DNA of 64,000 nucleotides. Source: Tricharina praecox (Eukaryota). A model generated the notes under the pieces. The model had not been told where the DNA came from, made no database searches, and was given only the letters and a program-made list of their open reading frames with translations. The stretch is taken from contig NW_026250419.1 of NCBI RefSeq assembly GCF_024521635.1, forward strand, positions 558,001-622,000, in the 5' to 3' direction. Below, piece after piece: positions 37,606 to 47,526 of the stretch. Position 1 is the stretch's first letter. Every line of letters starts with the position of its first letter. The position numbers were made by a program, and so were the translations under genes.

Positions 37606-37651
37606 TCGATATCAGTGACCGGTGCCTATCGATATCAGTGACCGGTGCCTA
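37606..37651. repeat. Perfect 23-bp tandem duplication
   Basis: TCGATATCAGTGACCGGTGCCTA occurs twice in tandem. Confidence 0.85.
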
Positions 37652-38003
37652 CATATAGCCACTCTATCTGCACGAACATTGCTCTGCTGGCCCTCACGAT
37701 CCTACATGTGAATCTTTCGGCCGGTTTGCAGAGTTCCGCAAAGCCGGCAAGTCCATGCAGATCACGGGAAACCCATATCTCGCAATCCCTAACCCTCTGT
37801 CGACTCTCAAGGTGTCCTGCAAAGGGAATGTGCACCCTAAAGTGATCTGCAGCTCGGTTGTCAATCCCGATGCAGGGCGTACCGCGATGCGTTGTTCGGT
37901 CTTGGGTGACGATATGGTATAACTGTTATCTTCCCCTCCTCTCCGCTCCCTCTCGCTCTTTCTCTTCCTCCAAAGAAAACGGACACAGCAGACAGATAGA
38001 AAG

Positions 38004-39020
38004 ATGGCACCGCCAGTTCCGCCGCGCATGCCCACCCGCTCCGGGCCTCCGCCGCCTCTCCCACCGCGCCCACAGCCACCGCCAATCCCACCAAAATACA
38101 CGCGGCCTGCACCACCACCGCTAGCACCAGCACAACCACCAGCGACACAATCCCACCAATACAACCACCTAGCACCCGACCAAGCCGATTTCTTCCTCGC
38201 CAACGGCTACGTGCACCTTCCCAGCGTCTTCGATCCCGCCAAAGCCGCACCATGGCTATCAACACTGTGGCCGCGCCTCGGCTACTCGGCAGACGACCTT
38301 AGCACATGGAGCAAAGAGCGGATCCACCTTCCCGCGACGACGCGGGAGCTCGCATCGACATTTGCGCCACTAGCGTGGGGGGCGATGTGCGATCTTCTCG
38401 GCGGCGAGGACCGGATTGACACGGCCACCGGCTCGTGGAGCGACGCCTTCATCGTCAACCTGGGCGTGCCCGGCGCCGAGCCGAAGGAGGGGACGAACCG
38501 CGACGGGAGGAAGATGTGGGATTGGCATGTGGATGGGGATTTCTTCACGCATTTCTTGGACTCGAGGGAGCAGGGGCTGCTCGTCGTGCCGCTGTTCTCG
38601 GATATTGTTGAGGGGGGCGGCGGGACTGTTGTTGCCCCAGAGAGCATCGGCGTCATCGCCAGGTATCTCCACGCTCATCCGGGAGGCGTGCCGCCGGGTT
38701 TTGGAGGCGGCAGGTGGTTCATCGAGCAGGCTCATGCATGCTCGGAGTTTGTGGAGGTTACTGGGAAGGCCGGCGACGTGGTGCTCATGCACCCGTTTAT
38801 GCTCCATTCGGCGAGTAGGAATTTTTTGAGGACGCCGAGGGTGATCACGAATCCGAGGGTCGGGTTGAAGCGACCGTTTATGTATGGGCGGGATGGGAGT
38901 GCCCTGAGTTTGGTCGAGAGGAAGACGCTGCTGGAGTTGGGGGTGCAAGGGGAGAAGCTTGATTGGGAGATTACAGGTGAGAGAAAGGGGATTGTGCCGG
39001 AGCGAGAGAGGAAGAAGTAG
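38004..39020 (+). CDS. Phytanoyl-CoA dioxygenase (PhyH)-like Fe(II)/2-oxoglutarate oxygenase with proline-rich N-terminus
   Basis: FFLANGYVHLPSVF, HxD motif WDWHVDGD, GGGTVV, GKAGDVVLMHPFMLHSASRN (distal His), PRVITN; intronless 338-aa ORF. Confidence 0.85.
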   Translation: MAPPVPPRMPTRSGPPPPLPPRPQPPPIPPKYTRPAPPPLAPAQPPATQSHQYNHLAPDQADFFLANGYVHLPSVFDPAKAAPWLSTLWPRLGYSADDLSTWSKERIHLPATTRELASTFAPLAWGAMCDLLGGEDRIDTATGSWSDAFIVNLGVPGAEPKEGTNRDGRKMWDWHVDGDFFTHFLDSREQGLLVVPLFSDIVEGGGGTVVAPESIGVIARYLHAHPGGVPPGFGGGRWFIEQAHACSEFVEVTGKAGDVVLMHPFMLHSASRNFLRTPRVITNPRVGLKRPFMYGRDGSALSLVERKTLLELGVQGEKLDWEITGERKGIVPERERKK

Positions 39021-40425
39021 AAATTTGGCGAAGTAGAATGATGTTAATATATTTGGCTTTCCTGCTCTTACACTGGACGGATTAGAGTGAAGGATTGGGG
39101 GGGTCGTCGATCCTATTTCGCATATAAGCCTGTTAAGACTAACGCGAACGCCAGAAACACCAACCTAGATCCGCCCGCGAGTCTAGCTATGCGGATTTCC
39201 CTTTTGCTCTACTGGACAATCAATGGTGATCGTATAGAACACTACCACTATCATCACAACTCTTTTTCCACCTTCACCGATTCATCTTGCTCCTTGGTAT
39301 TAGACCTATCATGTCCTTCCTCCCATTTCTCTTCTCTTGTCTTCAGAGCGAATGATGGGCTATTATACCGGACACTCATACCGCTACAGCGGAGAGGGAT
39401 GAGTAGTCCTAGACAGGTGATATGTTCGCAGCTAATGGGTGAAGGATTGACTGGTACTGGGCAGCCGCAAGGACATGAGGGTAACTGTCCGGGACGGAAG
39501 TATGACCTCAAATATGGAAAAGGGCAAGTGGTCGTTCACGTGAACCGACATCTAGCGCGGACACAGCTATGAGTAGGACTACGTGAAGTGCTACACTATG
39601 TTTAGCTGGATGAAAATGATCACTCGACATATCTTGATTGGGTATAACCCTCCCCCTTTGTTCTCAACAACAATTGTATGTATTACTCGGTGAAGTTCCA
39701 CTTGCAGGAAGATGAGATAACAAACCCGCAGTGTCACGTAGGGCTTCGAACCCACCCCGCAGTCACAATCCCATAGTCACAATCGCACAACACAAACCCA
39801 CACCCCTTCGAACCTTCCCCGCAACCACAACCACGCACCGCTTCAATCCACTCCACATCACACCAACATTTCAGCCATCCGTGGCATCCTTTCTTTATCA
39901 CTTTTGAACATGTGTGTTCCTACTCCATGAGGGTTATAAATGCAGGGAGGTTAGTATTATTCCTTTGAGATTAATCTGGATCAGTGATTCGAAATCTCGC
40001 TGACGCTGTCTTCTACACTGAATGCAGACAACATTAACTTGTTGTATCCCTGCTGCCCAATTCGATTACTCTGAAGCTCACGCAGCGGGTCTACCATTTG
40101 ATCCCATCACCCGCTCAGCTGCGCCTTCATTGGTGGTGGCGGGTGGGGGTGCTGGCAGCATCGCTGGATTCCCCACATTTCCGGAATGCAGCGGCCTCCA
40201 TGACCGTCAGAAGACGGTTCAAGGAAGTATTTGCCTTGGTAAGCCAAAGCCCGAAAGGGAGAATATGGAGGAGCGAAACTAATCCGAGCAAGCAACAGTT
40301 TGGGAGAGCGAGTGTAGCAACATTCCACTTGCTGCGTGGGTGCCTCTGGTGGAGCGACATACACCTCCGGAGGACACTCTCCGTTCGAACTGAATCCCAA
40401 GAGTGCTATGCGTCACGATACAGGT

Positions 40426-40601
40426 GGCGTCTCTGCCGACCAATCGAAGGATTCGGACGTCGTACGGGAGGCGTCTCTGCCGACAACTCGAAGGATTCGG
40501 ACGTTGTACGGGGGGATCGGGAAGCGGCCGGCCGAGGGAGTCGAAGAAACGATCACTAGATGCCTCTAGTGAAGCACGGAAGCGGCCGGCGGAGGGAGTC
40601 G
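40426..40601. repeat. Local duplications (44-bp tandem x2; 23-bp direct repeat x2)
   Basis: GGCGTCTCTGCCGAC…TCGAAGGATTCGGACGT(C/T)GTACGGG at 40426 and 40470; GAAGCGGCCGGC(C/G)GAGGGAGTCG at 40521 and 40579. Confidence 0.8.
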
Positions 40602-41814
40602 CACAGCATGTTCGGGGGGGCGTACGAAGAGAAGACCCGGTAGAGAGATGATGAGATAGAGCGTTGCAGGACAGGAGTCTCGATGTTGTATTGGCTATCT
40701 GACTTGATGAAAATGGGATGCGAAAGGGCATGCAATATGAGTGGTTCATATAGAAGAAGTAGAAGAAATAGAGGCATACAATTTCCTTACACATGTCGTC
40801 CGTCTTGAATTATGTCGCTCTATCTTACTCGTCATCCTTTAGGTTATTGGGATACTTTGATCGGACGCATATTTCTACAAGCCCATCAGGAAAAAAAAAT
40901 CTTGAAGTACGTAGTCGGCTGCGAGTATAAGATTTACCTCATTGTTGGTGGGCATGGTGGGTTCGACCAAGTGGGGAGGTGGGAGACTTAAGCTGGGTCC
41001 CGCGGGGGTTTCTTCTTCTTCTTTCTTGATCATCCTCTACAGAATAGACGATCAAATTCCTCCCCCTCCTCTTTCTTCTGTGGGTGCACTCCTCTCGGCG
41101 CATCGCCGGCCTGGAGGGGGGTTGGCAAAAGAGCCATTTGCAAAAGGGGGCTGTCGAAGGGAGTTTATCTTCATACTACTTCATGGCGGATACTGTACAG
41201 GAGCGGGCGATGGACAATGACCATGGACAATGGGTTATGAAAGGTTGACAGTTGGCAGGAGGCCGTTGATATCCCGTGTATGGAAATTAATGTTCCTGTC
41301 CTTTCTCCCTTTTCTTCCATAGTTTCTCTCGTCATATCACTCGTGGGAAGAGGGGAAAAGTTTAAGAGTGTTCCATTATCCGGCGCCGGAGTTAAACCAG
41401 CCAATGAAGAGGAGAAAGGACTTCAACGGTAGTCGAAAGATTGTATGTGATCCCCACTTACAGATTTCCTCTGGGAAAGTTGGAACAGTATCTCTGGCGT
41501 GACTAGGTAGGTTGCCCATAAATAGCTTTGCCACGCAGATCGTCGATATAGGCATGTGCCATCGTGTTCTCCGGAGTCACCGTGGGGGCCTAACGTTAAC
41601 CTAATGTCTCGCTACTGCGACCAGGGATGAGGCGTTCGAGACGTCCCACAGCGACGGGGTGCCTGACCAAGAATTGAGAGTAGATAGCTTCCCAATCAAT
41701 CTATTTCTTCGCGTACGATATGGTCCATGACTCAACGGCAACTCCGAGGTGAATATAACTAACCACCGAATGCCGGAATGGGGGCTACGAACTTCAAACT
41801 CATGAATTGCAACC

Positions 41815-43470
41815 ATGTCGACCGCCGAATCGTCCTCAGCGGCCGCTGCTAGGGTATGCATGTTGGTTGCTCAACTGTGGATATAGTTGCTTTGCTGAGT
41901 CCACAGGATCCTGACAGAATCGCACCTGCGGAGTACTTCGCACCTCCGGCTTTCCATACGGCTCTACCGGCGGCATATGCGGGGAAGAATGTACCAACGC
42001 CTCCTGCGGTGGTGGAATTCTACGCTCCGGCGGCATCTACGACGCGCAGATGGAACGGCAGACTCTCAGCCCAAGCACAGGCGGGGCCGACTCGATGGAA
42101 GCGGAGGAAACGGTTCGGTTTGATGATTCTGGTGATCGCCCTCCTGGCTGGTATCACAGTCGGCATTACCGTTGGTATTACTTCGCGTAAAAGGTAAATA
42201 CATTCGAGTGGGCTCCCGGAGGCGAGTAGTTGTCGTTGGCTAATGGAATACCTAGTCGCTCTGGCTCGGAGGAATCGACGGAAGATCCTAGGATCAAGGA
42301 GGAACACAGAATGCCGGAAGATTCTGCACTCGCCAGCGCAGGGCTAGATCTGTATTACCAGGTGGCCAGCGGGAAGATCATTCAGAGGGCACTGTCGTCG
42401 GATTATTTATCCGAGAACTGCACCCGTGAGCTTCCTCTCTCCGTGCCGGCGAAAAGCGGGACTCCTCTGGCAGCACTAGAATGGGGGGCGGATGTTAGTT
42501 TACAATTCCTCCTCCTCGTGTACTAATTCCTAATGTTACCCCAAGACATATGTGTTCTACATCTCGGGAGACGACCGCATCCAAGAGCTAAAAATCACGT
42601 CCGAAGAAAACGACTGGCATCTCGGTCCACTCTCATCTCTCGATATCATTGTACATCCACAGTCCCAGCTGGCAGCGATGCCGTACCCCGTTGGCAAGAT
42701 TTCCCAACTACGTCTCTACGCGCAACTCCCCTACGGTACTCTCCAAGAGTTTAACTTCAACCGCGGCAGTGACAGCCACCCCGCATCCGGCAACTGGAGT
42801 GTCATTACCCCCGTTGAACCACTTCCAAGAGCAATACCAGGGTCCGGACTTGCTGCGGTGACATACGACGATAGAGAGTATTTCGATAACCAGATCAGAT
42901 TGTATTATCAGGCCGAGGACGAACGACTGGACGAGCATTGTTGGCCGGAAACGCTATTCGTTAACATCAACGATACGAAATGGGACAGACCCGAGTACGA
43001 GAAGTGGATTGAATGTGTGCCTTCTCTTCCCAGACGACTTTATTGTGATGTCCAACTAATGCGCCTTCGCCACCGCCCACGGAAAGCTCACCGCACTCAC
43101 CGCAGCAGAGGTACCACACACGGAACGGCGAACAATCATGGTCACCAGCCAAGCCGGCAAAGAGGACGAGATCAAGATCTTAAAATGGGACGGCTCGACA
43201 TGGACGGAGCAGCCGCTACCCAGCAATCCGGACTACAAACCGATGGCAAAGAACGGAAAGCTTTCGGTAGCAGATCCTATCGAGTTCTACAGAGGGACGA
43301 AGGAAGTGATAAACCTAATGAATGGAAACGAAGAAAGCGGGACCAGCAGCGACCCCGACTCACCGCAAAACCTTACATGGCTGGCGGGGTCCGGCCAAGG
43401 GCTGGTGACGAATTGGGGAGCTTGTGTATACTTGATCCCGAACGATACCTGTAGCCTAAGGGAAGGATAA
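41815..43470 (+). CDS. Membrane-anchored fungal fucose-specific lectin-like (beta-propeller) protein
   Basis: Introns 41854-41906, 42194-42255, 42494-42545 and an uncertain one near 43015-43105; basic stretch plus TM helix RRKRFGLMILVIALLAGITVGITVGIT; propeller repeats GTPLAA…YVFY, SQLAA…LRLYAQ…LQE, GSGLAAV…IRLYYQ…EHCW. Confidence 0.7.
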
Positions 43471-43576
43471 TATGTACATGCATAACGAATGGATATGAAA
43501 TATACCCGGGTCACACGGTATAATGGAATGAGTGAATTCTTACTGCTGCGCTTTCTCTTCCGCTGGGGTGCATAAA

Positions 43577-45074
43577 AAACCTCATCCCCTCGCATTCAGC
43601 CAGGAGGATGATGTTTTTTATAAGGAAACCCGCAGGAAAAAAACCTCGACCACGTTTGGGGCGTTGTTTCAGTCCGCTGTGCTCTTTCCACTGCTATGTG
43701 CTTGCTCTTTACTCTTGCCACTGCTGTTGTGCTTTGCTCATGCCTGTGCTTGAAGAGAGAAGATGGAAGGAGAGGGGGGTGAGGGAGTTTTATAGATGTC
43801 GCCGCCGGATTTTCAGCTAGCTAGTGGCGGTATTTCTTGCCCTTTGAAGGGTAGCCCTAGTTAGGGCTCCTTCTTCCGCCGCACACCTTCTACTTACCTT
43901 CCTTCCTTCTCTTCCTCTTCCTCTTCCTCTTCCTCTTCCTCTTCCTCACCACCATCACCAATACCAACACCAACACCAACATCAATCGGTAATATTCTTT
44001 CTACAAAGGAAGAAACCATCCGACTAGCACCAGGACACCACTACCGGCGCGGATCGAAAAGTACACAAACACTCGCCCATACGTCACATCTTGGTTTTCA
44101 ATACCTTGACTGTGACAACGTGAGCTGATGCGAACATGGGAATGTTTGCGGTGGGAATCTGGGGACCAACTGGACCACGCGGCGGATAATAATGGACCAG
44201 CAGCAGCAACCAGGGATTTTTGTGGGGAGGAAGTGCGGACGTAATGCAGGCCGCACAGAAGACCGACAAACGGGATCACGTGCCCGCGCATACGGCGGAT
44301 TAACCACGCGGCGGGCACTAACAGACCAGCAGCAGCAATCTGGGAATTTTGTGGGGAGGAAGTGCGGACGTAATGCAGGCCGCACAGAAGACCGACAAAC
44401 GGGATCACGTGCCCGCGCATACGGCGGATTAACCACGCGGCGGGCACTAACAGACCAGCAGCAGCAATCTGGGAATTTTGTGGGGAGGAAGTGCGGACGT
44501 AATGCAGGCCGCACAGAAGACCGACGAACGGGATCACGTGCCCGCGCATACGGCGGATTAACCACGCGGCGGGCACTAACAGACCAGCAGCAGCAATCTG
44601 GGAATTTTGTGGGGAGGAAGTGCGGACGTAATGCAGGCCGCACAGAAGACCGACAAACGGGATCACGTACCCACAATTAGGCGGATCAACAAACCAGCAA
44701 CTCGACTATCCGGCGGACACCAACCGGACTCACGAAGATCAATGGACGTATATCAAAGGTGCATCCTTCCACCACACCTCAGTGTCTAATACTTTGATTG
44801 TGATGGAAGCGAGCATATGCAGATATGCCTTCATTCAGGGAACTTATGTAGTATGTAATAGGATCGTGAATAGAAACCATTCGGCCAATGTGGTTGGTCA
44901 AAAACCAATCAGTTCGTGCTGATACAGCTACTGCCCATGGACTGGAACATTAACTTGAGATTAGCCCGTCCGGGGGTGTGGAAGGGGACTGTAAGAGGAT
45001 TTAGATCGCAGTCCACCGAATAAGCATCCTGAAGCCTGGCTACACATATACTTGGATGTACTTTCTTTCTTTAT
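43577..45074 (+). repeat. Left arm of long inverted repeat (contains the 129-bp tandem array)
   Basis: Collinear reverse-complement match to 46468-47526, from AAACCTCATCCCCTCGC… to …CTTGGATGTACTT.CTTTCTT. Confidence 0.9.
44174..44669. repeat. Tandem array of about 4 x 129 bp
   Basis: Units start at 44174, 44303, 44432 and 44561; units 2-4 are near-identical, unit 1 slightly diverged, unit 4 incomplete. Confidence 0.95.
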
Positions 45075-46091
45075 ACACCGTGGGGTCGAAACTGAAGTCG
45101 ATGAACTATCCCAACCAGCAAGCTGGGAATTTCCAGGTTACGGCGTCCGGAGCACATGAAGGATATCTCCTCATTCCCGCTGTACGGTGGTGGTGACGTT
45201 TCAAGAAGCACGGTTTTGAAGGAGTCAAGGATTCGGTCATGCAAACTGTATCCGGAGGAGGAGATATGTTCTGCTGTCTGGTCTCGCCGGCGGGTCTATC
45301 TCGCAAGATAGACATATTCTGTATATGTAGAAGGGTACCGGCCCGGGGTAGAAGAAGCAAGCAACAAAAGAGTTCTAACTTCTATATTCCTACCAATCCT
45401 CCTATCTATCTCGATACATTTGACAGGAATTTTCATTTGGATGAGGCGTAAACTACTACAGGCCGCAGTGCGACTCTACAACTATACAAAATTTTACTAG
45501 ATTAGGCTTATGCTTGAGATCTTGAGAGTCGAGACGAGGGCGGAGTGCGCGGCAGCGGGAAGTCACAAGTGGCGGTTGCATTCGACATGCTACCCAGCTC
45601 GCTGTCATTTCTCATTCCTCTTCGCTGGCGATTCCTTCAAGAACGGTGATTTTATTATTGATGAAATATCTGTCACTCGAGTCAAACGGTCTCACACTCA
45701 CGCTAGACCCTGCTACTTTCCTAGAGAGAGAGAGATCTTCAGTTTATTTCGCATGCAGCCTATCTTGACTATGGCGAACCGTCGCACTCCTTTCCTGCCC
45801 ACTCTGGCCGGCCGGGGTGCTGCTTTTTGTTTTTTATTTCATCGTCGTAGCATTCGACCTTTGCAGATCATGGCTGTGTACACGTCCGGTTTCACCCCAC
45901 TGTCTCCGACCGCTGGCCACGAGCCCGATGTGGGTTCCCTATTGCCCGGCCGGGGTGCTGCTTTCCCAATCCACCGGTCAATATACGCGGTAGGAAACAG
46001 ACGAGTGAGCGATGCTGAATCCCATCTCGACCTCATGCCACTGGGCATGATATGTGCATTCCTCGCATGGAGCCGACTAATGAACCACAAA

Positions 46092-46292
46092 AAACCTTGC
46101 CTCTTCGCATTGCAGCCAGGAAGGTGACGTTTTATAGAGGAAACTCGAAGGAAAAAACCTCGACCACGTTTGGGGCGTTATGTCAGTCCGCTGTGCTCTT
46201 GCCACTGCTATGTGCTTGCTCTTCACTCTTGCCACTGATGTTGTGCTTTGCTCATGCCGCTGCTTGGAGAGAGAAAAGAAAGGGAGTGAGGG
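46092..46292 (+). repeat. Partial third copy of the arm sequence, in direct orientation to the left arm
   Basis: AAACCT…CGCATTGCAGCCAGGA…AAAAAACCTCGACCACGTTTGGGGCGTT…GTCCGCTGTGCTCTT…GTGCTTTGCTCATGCC matches ~43577-43780. Confidence 0.85.
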
Positions 46293-46467
46293 AAGGAGCG
46301 GGAGAGGGGTATTTATGGAGAGGGCGGGTGCGGCTCGGAAACTCCGCTAGTGCGTCCGAGGCTAATCCTGTGGCATAAAGCTTATTTTGACTCGTTGGAA
46401 AGTGAGAAAGGCGTAGGGCTTGGTGGAAAGCAAATCACTAACCTGCCGGGAAACCCTCGGAAGCCGA

Positions 46468-47526
46468 ATATCAAGAAAGGAAGTACATCCAAGTCTATGT
46501 GTACTAGCCAGGCTTCAGGATGCTTGTTTGGTGGACTGCAATCGAAATTCTTCTTCATTCCCTTCCACACCCCCGGGCGGATCTGTCTCAAGTTACTTTT
46601 CCAGTCCATGTAGCAGCACCGGTACAACCTGATTGGTTTGTGACTAGCCACATTGGCCGAATAGTTTCTATTCACGATCTACTGCATACTACATACGTTC
46701 CCTCGAATGAAGTTATGTCTGCATACTCTTGCTTCCACCACAATCAAAGTATTGGACACTGAGGTGTGGTGGAAGGATGCATCTTTGATATACGTTCATT
46801 GATCTTCGTGAGCTGGCTTGGTGTCCGCCGGATAGTTGCCGAGTTGCTGGTTTGTTGATCCGTCGTGAGGTCGCCGGGTACATGATCCCATTTGTTGTCT
46901 TCTGTGCAGCCTGCATTGTCCGCACTCCCTCCCCACAAAGCTCCCTGGCTGCTGTAGGTCCATTAGTATCCGCCGCGTTTGTTGTCCAGTTGGTCCCCAG
47001 GTTCCCACGGCAAACGTCCCCATGTTTGCATGCCCACGCTGTCACAGTGAAAGTATTGAGAACCAAGCTGAGACATGTGGACGCTTGTTATTGTACTTCT
47101 TTTCGATCCCGGTAGTGTCGTCCTGGTGCTGATCGGATGGTTCCACCTATTAAGTGTGGTGTTGGTGTCACTGTTGGTGATGGTAGAGGAAGAGGAAGAG
47201 GAAGAGGAGAAGGAAGAGGAAGAGAAAGAAGGAAGGTAAGTAGAATGTGTGCGGCAGAAGATGGAGCCCTAAATAGGGCTATCCTTCGAAGGGTCGAGAG
47301 ATATCCTCACTAGCTAGCAGAAAATCCGGCGGCGACATCTATAAAACCCCCTCACCCCTCTCCTTCCATCTTCTCTCTTCAAGCACAGGCATGAGCAAAG
47401 CACAACAGCAGTGGCAAGAGCACAGCGGACTGAAATAACGCCCCAAACGTGTTCGAGGTTTTTTTCCTGCGGGTTTCGTCATTAAAAACATCATCCTCCT
47501 GGCTGCAACGCGAGGGGATGAGGTTT
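46468..47526 (-). repeat. Right arm of long inverted repeat
   Basis: Reverse complement matches the left arm but has only one copy of the 129-bp unit region. Confidence 0.9.

Noticed and set aside
44001..44680. CRISPR-like array or 43-aa repeat protein
   Set aside because: Units are contiguous near-identical tandem copies with no unique spacers, in a eukaryotic context; the ORFs arise because the unit length is a multiple of 3.
45510..46127. 205-aa ORF in the foldback spacer as a transposase
   Set aside because: No DDE, zinc-finger or HTH motif is recognisable, and it runs into the third repeat copy.
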